Assembly (NCBI GenBank): GCA_963668315.1 | Contig: OY764216.1 | Span: 5,024,001 to 5,088,000, forward strand | Reading direction: 5' to 3' | From: Spirochaetia bacterium | GTDB lineage: Bacteria; Spirochaetota; Spirochaetia; DSM-2461 | DNA length: 64,000 nt | Part shown: positions 41,347-52,038 of the stretch, one piece after another | How the letters are laid out: each line of letters begins with the position of its first letter | How positions within the stretch are numbered: position 1 is the first letter of the stretch | Notes under the pieces: model-generated | What the model was told of the DNA's origin: nothing | The model's input: only the letters and a program-made list of their open reading frames with translations | Database searches by the model: none | Position numbers and translations under genes: made by a program

Positions 41347-41916
41347 ATGGATTTTTTCAGCCTTGTCAAAGAGACCCGTTCAATCAGACGATTCAAAGAA
41401 GCCCCCATCTCCCGGGAAACCCTGGAGCAGCTGGTGGATTATGCCCGCTACAGCCCGTCCGGAGCCAATGGGCAGCCCCTGAAATTCGGCCTTTTCAACA
41501 GCGCCGAGGATTGTGCGCGGATTTTTCCCCAGACAAAATGGGCCGGTGCTCTCCCCGACTGGGACGGACCGGAAGAGGGGCAGAGACCCTCGGCTTATAT
41601 TGTCATTTTTCTGGATAAGGACGTGTCCGGCGCTCCCGGCGTGGACCATGGAATCGCCGCCCAGAGCATGATGCTCGGGGCCCGTGCCATGGGTCTGGGA
41701 TGCTGTATGATAGGCGCCTTTGACAAACCGGGCCTCGTAAAAGAACTGGCCATTCCCGCAACCTTCTCCCCCCTGCTGATTCTGGCCCTGGGAGAACCGG
41801 GAGAAGATATATACATAGAAGATATGAAACCGGGCGATCCGGTGAAATATTACCGTGATTCCGAAGACCGCCATCACGTTCCCAAGCGGACACGGAAGGA
41901 ACTGATATGGAAGTAG
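41347..41916 (+). CDS. Nitroreductase family protein
   Basis: RSIRRF, SPSGANGQP. Confidence 0.9.
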   Translation: MDFFSLVKETRSIRRFKEAPISRETLEQLVDYARYSPSGANGQPLKFGLFNSAEDCARIFPQTKWAGALPDWDGPEEGQRPSAYIVIFLDKDVSGAPGVDHGIAAQSMMLGARAMGLGCCMIGAFDKPGLVKELAIPATFSPLLILALGEPGEDIYIEDMKPGDPVKYYRDSEDRHHVPKRTRKELIWK

Positions 41917-42500
41917 TTCTGGCCACAGGAAACGCCCATAAAGCCCAGGAACTGGAGAAGATTCTCTCTCCCCACAAGGTTCTCATACCGGCCGATCTGG
42001 GACTGGACTTTGACTGTGAGGAAACGGGGACGACCTATCTGGACAACGCCCTTCTCAAAGCGCAGACCCTGGCCGCCATGACGGACAAGCCGGTAATAGC
42101 CGACGATTCGGGAATCTCCGTTCCCGCCCTGGGAGGAGCCCCCGGTATCTATTCGGCCCGTTACGGTTCGGAAGAAGCGGGAAGAATGCTCTCTTCGGAA
42201 GAAAGAAATGCCTTTTTGCTCAAGAACATGGAGGGCCGGGAGGACTGGAGCGCCTTCTTTGTCTGCTCCATGGTTCTCATGCTCAGTCCCTACCGGGTTT
42301 TCACCGTGCAGGAGACCATGGACGGGCGCCTGACAAAGGACGGCGCCGGTTCGGGCGGCTTCGGTTACGACCCGGTCTTCTACCTGGAAGAAAAGGGCTG
42401 CACCGTGGCCGAACTGAGCGAGGAAGAGAAGAACGAAGTTTCCCACCGGGGCAAGGCGGGAGCCAGGCTTAAACTGATTCTGGACAGCCTGGAACAATGA
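41907..42500 (+). CDS. rdgB: XTP/dITP diphosphatase
   Basis: ATGNAHK, ADDSG, GFGYDPVF, SHRG. Confidence 0.95.
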   Translation: MEVVLATGNAHKAQELEKILSPHKVLIPADLGLDFDCEETGTTYLDNALLKAQTLAAMTDKPVIADDSGISVPALGGAPGIYSARYGSEEAGRMLSSEERNAFLLKNMEGREDWSAFFVCSMVLMLSPYRVFTVQETMDGRLTKDGAGSGGFGYDPVFYLEEKGCTVAELSEEEKNEVSHRGKAGARLKLILDSLEQ

Positions 42501-43375
42501 GCCCTTCCCTTTTTACTGTAATCGGCGGCGCCAACATGGATATCATCGCCGTACCGGAACGACGTATTCTGCCCGGCGACTCGGCACCGGGACGCATTCG
42601 TTTTATCCCCGGCGGCGTGGGACGCAACATAGCCCAGGCCCTGAAAATCACGGCCGGAGCGGGCAGCCGGGTCGAACTGATCACGGCGCTGGGTGATGAT
42701 GCAAGTTCCTCCCAGGTCCGAGAAATCACGGAAGAAATCGGTGTTTCCTTTGCGCACAGCCTGATTTTTCCCGGCCGGACCTGTCCGACCTACGCCGCCA
42801 TCATGGACGGCGGAGACCTTCTTTCCGCCGTAAACGATATGGGCCTTCTGAAGGAGATCACCCCGGAAAGGCTGAATTCCTGCCGGGAGATTCTCAATGA
42901 GGCCGATATGATCATTCTGGATGCGAACCTGGAAGAGGAGACGATCCTCTGGGTGGCGGAGACCTTTCCATCCAAGCCCCTCTTTGCCGAAACGGTTTCG
43001 GCCGTCAAATGCATCCGTTTTCTCCCCGTTCTTTCCCGCCTTTACGGGATAAAACCGAATAAACTGGAAGCGGAAAAACTGACCGGTATGACCATCCAAA
43101 ACGGCGATGATGCCCTGGAATGCGCGGCCCTCCTTCATAAGAAAGGAGTGGATAATGTCATAATTACCCTGGGAAGCGCCGGTTCGGTCTATTATTCATC
43201 GAAAGAATGGGGTATGATAAACGCTTCCCCTCTGGAAAATGTCCAGGATATCAACGGGGCGGGCGACTACTATCTGGCCGGAGTTCTTCCGGCTCTGAAG
43301 GAAGGGTTAAGCCTGGAGGAAGCCGCCCGATCGGGAAGCATGAACGCTTTGAGAAAACTCAAAGGAGAAGTGTAA
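42497..43375 (+). CDS. psuK: PfkB-family kinase, probable pseudouridine kinase
   Basis: GGVGRNIA, KPNKLEA, GAGD; adjacent to psuG. Confidence 0.75.
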   Translation: MSPSLFTVIGGANMDIIAVPERRILPGDSAPGRIRFIPGGVGRNIAQALKITAGAGSRVELITALGDDASSSQVREITEEIGVSFAHSLIFPGRTCPTYAAIMDGGDLLSAVNDMGLLKEITPERLNSCREILNEADMIILDANLEEETILWVAETFPSKPLFAETVSAVKCIRFLPVLSRLYGIKPNKLEAEKLTGMTIQNGDDALECAALLHKKGVDNVIITLGSAGSVYYSSKEWGMINASPLENVQDINGAGDYYLAGVLPALKEGLSLEEAARSGSMNALRKLKGEV

Positions 43376-44841
43376 TGGTGGAACTGAACGAAAAGGAAAT
43401 ACGCATCCTCGGCTGTCTGATGGAGAAGGAGAGGACGACTCCCGACGCCTATCCCCTGACGGAGAACAGCCTCTTAAACGCCTGTAATCAGAAAACCGGA
43501 AGAGATCCGGTCATGACTCTGGACAGTCAGGATGTGAAATCGGCTCTGGACGGGCTCGGCCGGAAAGGCCTCACCTCTCAAACCCAGGCCGATTCGGGTT
43601 ACGCCAAAAGATATCTGCATAATTTACACAGAGAATGGGAACTCTCCGATCGTCAGCAGGCGATCATGGCCGTTCTGATGCTCAGGGGAGCTCAGACCAT
43701 GGGAGAATTGAAGGCCCGCACTGCCAGGATTTACCATTTTTCCTCGGCGGCGGAACTGGAACAATCCCTGAACCATCTGTGCGAGCGGGCCGTCCCCCTG
43801 GCGCAGAAGCTGCCCCGCCGGCCGGGCCATAAAGAGAGCCGATACGATCATTTGCTTTACAGAATGGAGGAAAATAACGCAATGAAAAGACCCAATGTCA
43901 TAATACAGAAGAAATCCGATGTCCCCGGCGGACTGGTAAGTCTCTCCCCCGAGGTAAAGGAAGCCGTGGAATCGGGCAAGGGCGTGGTAGCCCTGGAATC
44001 GACGATTATTTCCCACGGCATGCCCTATCCCCAGAACGTGGAAACCGCCCTGGAAGTGGAGAAAATCATCCGCAACGAAGGGGCCATACCGGCGACGATC
44101 GCCCTGATGAACGGCCAGTTTAAAATCGGCCTGAGCCCCGACGAGATCGATCAGCTGGGAAAAACCGGACGGGATGTCATCAAGTGCAGCCGCCGTGACC
44201 TGCCCTTCGTACTGGCCCGGAAACTGCCCGGCGCCACCACCGTGGCAGCCACCATGATCGGCGCGGCCCTGGGCGGGGTCAAGATTTTCGCCACCGGAGG
44301 AATCGGCGGTGTCCACCGGGGCGCCCCGACCACCTTTGATATTTCCGCCGACCTGGACGAACTGGCCAAAACCGATGTGGCCGTCGTCTGCGCAGGAGCC
44401 AAGGCGATTCTGGACCTGCCCCTGACACAGGAGTACCTGGAGACCCGCGGCGTTCCCGTGGTCGGCTTCGGGACGGAAGAACTGCCCGCCTTCTACACCA
44501 GAACGAGCGGCCTTAAGGTTGATTACCGTATCGACAGCGAGAAAGAGCTGGCCCAGGCTCTGGATATCAAGTGGAAGCTGGGCCTTTCCGGCGGCGTAGT
44601 CGTGGCCAACCCCATTCCCGAAGAGTACTCCATGGACCCGGAACATATCAATGCCGTTATCGACCAGGCCCTGGAAGATATGGCCGGACAGGGAATCAAA
44701 GGCAAGGAATCCACCCCCTTCCTCCTGGCCCGCATCAGCGAGCTGACCGGAGGAGACAGCCTCAATTCCAATATCAAGCTGGTCTTCAACAACGCCGTTA
44801 TCGCTTCGCGGACGGCCTGCGAGCTGGCGAAGCTGCAGTAG
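43375..44841 (+). CDS. psuG: YceH/DUF480 domain fused in frame to pseudouridine-5'-phosphate glycosidase (internal start 43882)
   Basis: RILGCLMEKERTTPDAYPLT..ACNQKTGRDPVM; VALESTIISHGMPYP, GGIGGVHRG, DISADL. Confidence 0.9.
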   Translation: MVELNEKEIRILGCLMEKERTTPDAYPLTENSLLNACNQKTGRDPVMTLDSQDVKSALDGLGRKGLTSQTQADSGYAKRYLHNLHREWELSDRQQAIMAVLMLRGAQTMGELKARTARIYHFSSAAELEQSLNHLCERAVPLAQKLPRRPGHKESRYDHLLYRMEENNAMKRPNVIIQKKSDVPGGLVSLSPEVKEAVESGKGVVALESTIISHGMPYPQNVETALEVEKIIRNEGAIPATIALMNGQFKIGLSPDEIDQLGKTGRDVIKCSRRDLPFVLARKLPGATTVAATMIGAALGGVKIFATGGIGGVHRGAPTTFDISADLDELAKTDVAVVCAGAKAILDLPLTQEYLETRGVPVVGFGTEELPAFYTRTSGLKVDYRIDSEKELAQALDIKWKLGLSGGVVVANPIPEEYSMDPEHINAVIDQALEDMAGQGIKGKESTPFLLARISELTGGDSLNSNIKLVFNNAVIASRTACELAKLQ

Positions 44842-45018
44842 GGACAGTAAGGATGCGGAGCAGACCGGCTCCGCCGGGCCGGAGGCGAAAGCCGAAGTCC
44901 TGAATGGCCCGGGCCCCGCGCCGCAGGTGCGGGGTACTGCCCCTTTTAATGAAACAATCCCCCCGGGATCAACAGCCGTAGATCAGAGACCGGGGAGCCC
45001 GCCCGCTTTTCACCCGAT

Positions 45019-45642
45019 TCAGGATTCCTCGTAGATACCCCGGCGCAGTACGGAGAGGTAGAAATCCCAGTTTTCCATGTAGGTGCGGCGGATGGTCTCT
45101 TCCCCCTCGCCCTTATGGAAATCGCGAAGAAAATCCAGCCGTGTCTTCTGGAGAATCCAGGAGGCCAGGTCGAAAAAACGATCCCTGTCACAGGCGTAGG
45201 ACGATGTATCCACATCGCAGAACAGTTTATCGAAATGTCTTTTGAAGATATCCCTTAGCTTCTCGACCTGGTCTCCGTCGTAGACGAAAGCCGCCTTGAC
45301 GATGAGACTGAGCGCTTCCGGTTTGGCCACGTAATAACCGACCGCCTCCTCCGCCGCCGTGTACAGCCTTTCGAGCATATCCGCGGGCAGAGTTTTCCCC
45401 TTGGACCGGGCTCCCTCGGCAATATGGTCGTAAAGCTCGGTATAGATATGGTCCAGGGTGTAAAGGTAAAGGTCTTCCTTCGACTCGATGTATTCGTAGA
45501 GACCGCCCTTGGAAATTCCGGCTATTTTGATGATCCGGTCGGTGGAGCCCTTCTCGAAACCGTACCGCCCGAATTCATGGACGGCCGCTCCGATGACCCG
45601 CTCTCTTTTTTCCTGGGGCAGATGGTCGAAGGTATCTTTCAT
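45019..45642 (-). CDS. TetR-family regulator
   Basis: AGISKGGLYEY..SKEDLY. Confidence 0.85.
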   Translation of the reverse strand: MKDTFDHLPQEKRERVIGAAVHEFGRYGFEKGSTDRIIKIAGISKGGLYEYIESKEDLYLYTLDHIYTELYDHIAEGARSKGKTLPADMLERLYTAAEEAVGYYVAKPEALSLIVKAAFVYDGDQVEKLRDIFKRHFDKLFCDVDTSSYACDRDRFFDLASWILQKTRLDFLRDFHKGEGEETIRRTYMENWDFYLSVLRRGIYEES

Positions 45643-45687
45643 GGGGCCTCCCGGTCAGGTTCTTTGCGGCCGGAAGCGCCCCGGAAA

Positions 45688-47259
45688 TCAGGCGATGGCC
45701 TTCTCTACTGTAGCCTGATTCTCCACTTTCGTAAAGAGAGAAACGGTCACGGTCACCAGGGCCGAAAGGGGCAGAGCCACCACAAGGGGATCGATCACAG
45801 GCCACTTGCCCGTCCCCAGGGTGGGTTTTCCGAAGAGGGCGCTGCAGATGCCCAGCGCTTCGGCTTCCTTGCCGTGAACGAAGATGAAGAGCAGGCATGA
45901 GGCGATAAAACCGGAAAGGATTCCCCCAATCATCCCCCGGCGGGTCAGCTTTCTCCAATACAGGGCCATGGTATAGGGAGCCAGAAAGGCCGATGCCATG
46001 ATTCCGAAAAAGATGGCCGTGGCGCGGGCGATGATCCCCGGGGGGAACAGAATGCTCAGAAAAACCGATAGGAGGATGGTGAAAACGATTCCCAGACGGG
46101 TGATGAGCATGTCCTTCTCCTCGTTTTTCATGAAGGTGGAGAGGAAATCCCGGGAGATAGACGTTCCGATCGTATGGAACTGGGAACTGAGCGTACTCAG
46201 CCCGGCGGAAAGAATGACCAGGAGGAAGAGGTAGGAGAACCAGGGAGGCATGGCGTCGGCGATAAAGAGGGGGATGATCTTATCCGAATTGCCCTCGGCC
46301 GCCTGAATGGCCAGACCGCCGCTTTTCTGGAAAAAGTAAACGTTGGAGAGGCTGCCCACGATGAAGGCCGTTCCCGTACAGGCCAGAATGAAGATGGAGC
46401 CGATGCCGATGGCCCGGTTCAGTTCCTTGTCGCTTTTGACGCTCATGTAGCGGACGGCCAGCTGGGGCTGAGCCAGTACGCCGATTCCCACGCCCAGCAC
46501 GATGGAGGAGTAGATAACCCACCAGAGAACCGAGCCCGCCTCGGGAGACCGGGTCCAGCCCCTGTGCCCTATGGCCCTCAGATTTTCCGGGACCATGGAT
46601 TCCATTCCGGTCAGGGCCGAATGGGCTTTGACCACGCCCCCCAGTTTGGAATAGATGAAAATGAAGAGAAATACCATGCCGATAAACATGAGGGTTCCCT
46701 GCAGGGCATCGGTGTACATGACGCCCTTCAGACCGCCGAAGGTCACATAGGCCGCCACCAGGATGGAGAAGATGACCAGGGCGTACTCATAGGGGATGCC
46801 GATAAGCCCCTCGATAAGCCGGGAGGCGCCGATGAGCACCGCCGATGCATAAAGGGGCATGAAAAAGAAAATGACCAGTCCGGCAAAACGCTGGACGAAG
46901 AGGGAATCCACCCGCCGTCCCAGCAGCTCGGGAAAGGTATGGGCATCCAGGGCCAATCCCATTTTCCGAGTTTTCTTGCCGTAGAAGATAAAGGCGACGA
47001 CGATGCCCACTGCGATGTTGCAGAGGGTCAGCCAGAGTAGGCTCATGCCGTAGACAGCGGCCAGCCCCCCGAATCCGACAATGGCAGAGGTGGAGATAAA
47101 GGTGGCGCCGTAGGACATGGCCAGAACGTAGGGGTGGGCATTGCGCCCTCCCACCATATAATCCAGGGTATTGGAAGTTCTCTTGTATCCGAGCCAGCCC
47201 AGGTACCCGATAACACCCAGATAGATTACAACGATCGCAATCAGCCAGAACATATCCAT
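45688..47259 (-). CDS. Sodium:solute symporter family protein
   Basis: ATFISTSAIVG, GGLKGVMYTD, PQLAVRYM. Confidence 0.9.
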   Translation of the reverse strand: MDMFWLIAIVVIYLGVIGYLGWLGYKRTSNTLDYMVGGRNAHPYVLAMSYGATFISTSAIVGFGGLAAVYGMSLLWLTLCNIAVGIVVAFIFYGKKTRKMGLALDAHTFPELLGRRVDSLFVQRFAGLVIFFFMPLYASAVLIGASRLIEGLIGIPYEYALVIFSILVAAYVTFGGLKGVMYTDALQGTLMFIGMVFLFIFIYSKLGGVVKAHSALTGMESMVPENLRAIGHRGWTRSPEAGSVLWWVIYSSIVLGVGIGVLAQPQLAVRYMSVKSDKELNRAIGIGSIFILACTGTAFIVGSLSNVYFFQKSGGLAIQAAEGNSDKIIPLFIADAMPPWFSYLFLLVILSAGLSTLSSQFHTIGTSISRDFLSTFMKNEEKDMLITRLGIVFTILLSVFLSILFPPGIIARATAIFFGIMASAFLAPYTMALYWRKLTRRGMIGGILSGFIASCLLFIFVHGKEAEALGICSALFGKPTLGTGKWPVIDPLVVALPLSALVTVTVSLFTKVENQATVEKAIA

Positions 47260-47261
47260 GG

Positions 47262-47372
47262 TTATTCTCCCCTGTTCCAGTTTCTGATTCCGTAAAAAAG
47301 GCCGAATCCAGAACTGACGAAAAGGGCGATAAAACAGAAGGCGATTGTGGGGTCGGGCAGACCTAGTATCAT
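47262..47372 (-). CDS. Symporter small accessory membrane protein (36 aa)
   Basis: MILGLPDPTIAFCFIALFVSSGFGLFYGIRNWNRGE; RBS GGAG; abuts symporter. Confidence 0.75.
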   Translation of the reverse strand: MILGLPDPTIAFCFIALFVSSGFGLFYGIRNWNRGE

Positions 47373-47608
47373 GGGGAACTCCTTGGCCGACCGACTGGTC
47401 GGTTTTTAAATATTCATTCATTTTAAGAGGAGATTCAAGATCTGACAAGGGAAAAAACAGTTTTCCTCTCGGCAAGACCCGTTCTTGTACACCGGTACAA
47501 ATAGATACGCCCTCTTTCGTTCATTTTTTGTTCATGTAAACAGTGATTAAAGCTAGTATAACTGCAATAAATAGTTATTTAATTATTTATATTAGGGGTG
47601 AAACGGTT

Positions 47609-48160
47609 ATGACGGAAAGAAGGAAAATCAAATTGGTTCAGGCCGCCTATGATGCGGTATTATTAACACTGGGAATGCAGTCTATCGGAATACTGGGGTA
47701 CGGGGAGTAGAGTACATCTGGATGCTTTCTATACCGCTGCTGCTGTTCTTCGCCTTCGGCGCTGACTTCAAACTTGTCCCCTCCATATAGTATGATATCT
47801 GTGCGGTTTATTCTGGGCGATTATTAACGAAATTTTACCCGGGCTTCTGAGTTCCTTTCTCAATGCGGGACTTGTGAACATATTAACACCTGTCGTAGCC
47901 ATTTTCCTGCTGCTGACTGTGTATGAGAACTTTCTGGAAAAGACAATTTTCGGTAATCTGCCCGCCCTTTTCATGGGACTGGCGTCATCATTTTTTACCT
48001 TCTTGATCAAGCCGGCCAATGCGGCACCCATCACCCCGATTCACCTGGTCGTGTTTTTCGTATACGGGGTAATTCTGGCGCTCTTGCTGGCCGGAGGAGG
48101 GCTCATGTTCTGTTCCCTCTTTTTCGGGAAGCAAAAAGGCCATGGGAGCGTTAATTCCGG
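47609..48160 (+). pseudogene. Fragmented hydrophobic membrane-protein gene (DUF1097-like)
   Basis: ATG 47609 stops at 47710; hydrophobic sequence continues in other frames. Confidence 0.4.
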
Positions 48161-48231
48161 CTCAGGAAGAATAGGCAGAATTACCTGTAAACCCTTGCCA
48201 TTCCCCCCGTTCTTGGGCATAGTTAGAAACT

Positions 48232-49491
48232 ATGAAGATAATCACCCCCATGACGAGAAAATCGGTCACCGTCACCGCCCCTCCCGCCAAGGCCTATACG
48301 CTTAGAGCCCTGGTACTGGCTTCCCTGGCAGAGGGAACCAGCCGCATAGGCAATCCCCTTCTGGGGCAGGACCAGCTCCACCTTATCGGCTGCCTGGAAA
48401 ATCTGGGGGCCCGGATAGCGCGTGAGGGAGGGGATCTTCTCGTCACGGGCTGTTCCGGCAGGTACCACCCTCAATCGGAAGAACTGAACGCCGGAGAATC
48501 GGGAGTGACCATGAACTTTCTCTCCTCCCTCTCCGCCCTGTGCGACAAAGAAGTGACACTGACCGGCAAAGAGGGCCTCCTGCGCCGCCCCATTGAGGAA
48601 GTAATCAAAGGGATGTCTCAACTGGGCGGCAGGGCGACTTATCTTGACAAGGAAGGTTTTCCCCCTGTCCGGATTCACCCCTCTCCCCTCAAAGGGGGCC
48701 GGACGGTTATGTCCGGAAGCAAGACATCCCAGTACTTCAGCTCCCTCGTCATCGCCGGAGCCCTGACCGAGGATGATACCACAATCATCTGCTCCGATGA
48801 GATGTCCGAGAGACCCTACTTTGATATAACCACCTCCATGATGGCCCTCTTCGGGGTAAGGACGGAAAATCGGGACTATAGGGAAATCCGTATTCCCTCC
48901 GGGCAGGGCTACCGGGCCTGCGATATGGAAGTGGAGGGAGACTACTCCAGCGCGACCTTTTTCTTCCTGGCCGCCGCCGTCTGCGGTAAAGAGGTCACCG
49001 TGACCGGGCTTAACAGGAACTCCGTACAGGGAGACAGGAAAATCCTGCCCCTGTTGGAAGAAATGGGGTGTTCCGTCCAATGGACCGGAGAAAGGGTAAC
49101 TGTAACCGGCGGTGCCCTGAAGCCCCTGAGAACGGACGGAACAGACATCCCCGACATGGTGCCCTCCCTGGCGGTGGCCGCCGCTTTCGCGGAAGGGGAA
49201 TCGGTCTTTACCGGTGTGGGACGACTGCGTTACAAGGAGTGCGACCGGCTGGAAGCGATAAAAGGGAATCTGGAAGCCATGGGAGGAAAAGTCCGCTACG
49301 ACGAGGATACCCTTTATATTACCGGAACACCTCTCAAGGGAGCCCAGATAGATTCCTTCAACGACCACCGCATAGCCATGGCTTTTGCCGTAGCCGGCCT
49401 GGCCGTGGCAGGACAGGAGATCGGCGACCCGGACTGCGTGGGTAAATCTTTTCCCGATTTCTGGGAGAGGCTGGCTCTCTTCCAGGAATAG
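48232..49491 (+). CDS. aroA: EPSP synthase
   Basis: GESG, TSQYFSSL, RYKECDR, DHRIAMA, KSFPDFW. Confidence 0.9.
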   Translation: MKIITPMTRKSVTVTAPPAKAYTLRALVLASLAEGTSRIGNPLLGQDQLHLIGCLENLGARIAREGGDLLVTGCSGRYHPQSEELNAGESGVTMNFLSSLSALCDKEVTLTGKEGLLRRPIEEVIKGMSQLGGRATYLDKEGFPPVRIHPSPLKGGRTVMSGSKTSQYFSSLVIAGALTEDDTTIICSDEMSERPYFDITTSMMALFGVRTENRDYREIRIPSGQGYRACDMEVEGDYSSATFFFLAAAVCGKEVTVTGLNRNSVQGDRKILPLLEEMGCSVQWTGERVTVTGGALKPLRTDGTDIPDMVPSLAVAAAFAEGESVFTGVGRLRYKECDRLEAIKGNLEAMGGKVRYDEDTLYITGTPLKGAQIDSFNDHRIAMAFAVAGLAVAGQEIGDPDCVGKSFPDFWERLALFQE

Positions 49492-49697
49492 GTGTTCACA
49501 AAAAGCAAACAACTCTCACGAATAATAAACAAAGAAGTAATGAAAATCCGCCTGCCGAAAGTGACAGAGAGTCTTCCCGCCCAGATACAGAGTACTTAGC
49601 GCGAATCCGTCCTTATCTATTCCTAAAATCCGGCTCACGGGAATAATACCTATCCCTCCTATTTTTACTTTCATATCTCATAGAGGAGGGATTTCAA

Positions 49698-50750
49698 ATG
49701 ATTTCCAGAAAAACTCACAAACCATTTTTCACAGCGACCCTGTTAGGCCCGCTTGTTCTCACGGCTGGGCTGGCCTTGATAACAGGCTGCGACACAGGCA
49801 GTTCAACCCGGGGCGCTTCGGCTCTTTCCGCTCCCAACACGGAACTTACCCTCATAGCCCACCGGGGCGCTTCGGGCTATCTACCGGAACACACCCTGGA
49901 AGGCTACGAACTGGCCGTGGAGCTGGGGGCCGATTATATCGAGCCGGACCTTCAGTTTACCTCCGACGGAGAACTGGTGGCCATGCATGACAGCACCCTG
50001 GATAGGACAACCAACGTGAAAGTTCTCTTTCCCGATGCCGCCGATTACAATGTCTCGAGCTTTACCCTGGCGCAGATTAAAACCCTTACCGTGCAGCCCG
50101 TAAATAACGAATCGACAACCTACGCGGGCTTCACCTCAAAATACGGGGAGAATTTTACCGTTCCGACCTTCCAGGAAGTGATCACCCTCTCCCAGAAGAT
50201 GAGCCTGGAGAAGGGACGTTACATCGGCCTTTATCCCGAAGCCAAACAGGGAGATGAGGAGATGGGCAGGATGATTGTGGACACCCTGAAGAGCAACGGG
50301 CTTACCGGCGCAGAGGATTATGTCTATATCCAGTCATTCTCCAATACCATCCTCAAATACATAAAGACCTACCAGGAAAGCCTCGGAATGTCGATTCCTT
50401 TGATCGTTCTGGGGTACGCACTGCCCTCATCTGACGGCAGCGGCACCGTACTGGGAGTCGGGCAGGAGATGGAAGAATACAGTAAAACCGCAGAGTACGC
50501 CGATGGAATCGGATTCTATAAAGACGGTCTGACTTACGGAAGCATGACCATTCTCGAAGTGGACAAGGATATAGTCGACGAAGTACACAGCGAAGGGCTC
50601 CTGGTGCATATCTGGACATTCAGCCAGAGCGACGAAACCCTGGCCGCCGAGGAGTACGGAAAATTTTTCGAGACGGGTATAGACGGTTTCTTTACGAACT
50701 ACACCGATCTGGCCCTTACCGCCCGGGACAAGTTTCTGGCGGTAAAATAA
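49698..50750 (+). CDS. glpQ: Glycerophosphodiester phosphodiesterase lipoprotein
   Basis: Lipobox ITGC; IAHRGASGYLPEHT, IEPD. Confidence 0.85.
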   Translation: MISRKTHKPFFTATLLGPLVLTAGLALITGCDTGSSTRGASALSAPNTELTLIAHRGASGYLPEHTLEGYELAVELGADYIEPDLQFTSDGELVAMHDSTLDRTTNVKVLFPDAADYNVSSFTLAQIKTLTVQPVNNESTTYAGFTSKYGENFTVPTFQEVITLSQKMSLEKGRYIGLYPEAKQGDEEMGRMIVDTLKSNGLTGAEDYVYIQSFSNTILKYIKTYQESLGMSIPLIVLGYALPSSDGSGTVLGVGQEMEEYSKTAEYADGIGFYKDGLTYGSMTILEVDKDIVDEVHSEGLLVHIWTFSQSDETLAAEEYGKFFETGIDGFFTNYTDLALTARDKFLAVK

Positions 50751-50767
50751 CTCTCCGGCCCGGAGAT

Positions 50768-51862
50768 TCAGGACAACCGGCCCAGGGAAACCCCCAGGTG
50801 CTCCGCTGTTTTCACCAGGCCGTTGTCCTCGGTTATGAACTTTTTCCTGCCGACCACCTCTTCCAGGGGAACGGGGATAAACTCGTTATTCCTTACGGCG
50901 ATCATGACACCGAACTCCCCAGTGATGATCTGGGAGGCGGCTTTGGTACCCAGCCGGCTGGCCAGGATGCGGTCTCTCGCTGTTGGGACTCCTCCCCTCT
51001 GCAGATGGCCCAGAGTGGTAATGCGGGTTTCGATCCTCACCCGCTTTTCGATAATCCGGGCCAGGTTGTGGCTTAAGCTGTCGCAGTAATTCAGATCCCG
51101 CTCCTTAACCTCTTTCTTGTCCATCCCCTTTCTCAGCTCCGCTTCTTCGATGGAATGGGCGCCTTCGGCCACAACGACAATACTGAAACGCTTGCTGCGT
51201 CTTTCCCTTTCTATCAGAGCTTCCACCACCTTATCGATGGAAAAGGGAAATTCGGGTATCAGGATGACATCGGCCCCTCCGGCCAGACCGGCCCCCATGG
51301 CCAGCCATCCCGTATTATGGCCCATTACATCCACCAGCATACAGCGGTGATGGCTGGAAGCGGTCGTATGAAGCCTGTCAATTGCTTCACAGGCAATGGA
51401 CATTCCCGTATCGTACCCGAAAGTAACATCGGTGCCGAAAATATCGTTGTCGATAGTCTTGGGCAGGGTTATGATATTGGGTATGCCGTTCTGATAGAGG
51501 TGAAAGGCATTTTTCTGAGTCCCTCCCCCGCCTATGCAGACAAGAGCATCAAGACGGAGCCGCTTATAATTCTCAACGGCATCGTGGGTTCTGTCCACCT
51601 TGCTGCCGTCCCGGGTAAGGAACTTATGGGGTTTCAAACGGCTTGTCCCCAGAATGGTTCCCCCCTCTACGAGCAGGCCCGAAGTCTCTTTGGCCCCCAG
51701 AGGTATTGTCCTGTTCTCCACCAGGCCCCGGAAACCGTCCTGAATACCGATGATCTGAATTCCCCTCTCCAGAAGAGGTTTCGCCACACCGCGAATTGCC
51801 GCATTCAAGCCGGGACAGTCTCCCCCGGAAGTCAATATTCCTATTCTTCTGATGTCTGCCAT
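50768..51862 (-). CDS. pfkA: 6-phosphofructokinase (PfkA family)
   Basis: TSGGDCPGLN, PKTIDND, LGHLQRGG. Confidence 0.9.
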   Translation of the reverse strand: MADIRRIGILTSGGDCPGLNAAIRGVAKPLLERGIQIIGIQDGFRGLVENRTIPLGAKETSGLLVEGGTILGTSRLKPHKFLTRDGSKVDRTHDAVENYKRLRLDALVCIGGGGTQKNAFHLYQNGIPNIITLPKTIDNDIFGTDVTFGYDTGMSIACEAIDRLHTTASSHHRCMLVDVMGHNTGWLAMGAGLAGGADVILIPEFPFSIDKVVEALIERERRSKRFSIVVVAEGAHSIEEAELRKGMDKKEVKERDLNYCDSLSHNLARIIEKRVRIETRITTLGHLQRGGVPTARDRILASRLGTKAASQIITGEFGVMIAVRNNEFIPVPLEEVVGRKKFITEDNGLVKTAEHLGVSLGRLS

Positions 51863-52038
51863 AGGTACAATACTAGTATAAACGGGAAACCGAAACAACA
51901 GGAGTACAGCAGTTTCTTCCAAAGGGACTCTTTTTTTTTCATACCCCTTGAATCTTAATCAAAGAATGACTATATTTCACCTTAGAATGGAGTAGATTAG
52001 CCTTATTGGACCGTTGATGACAGGAGCCGGCAAATCCC

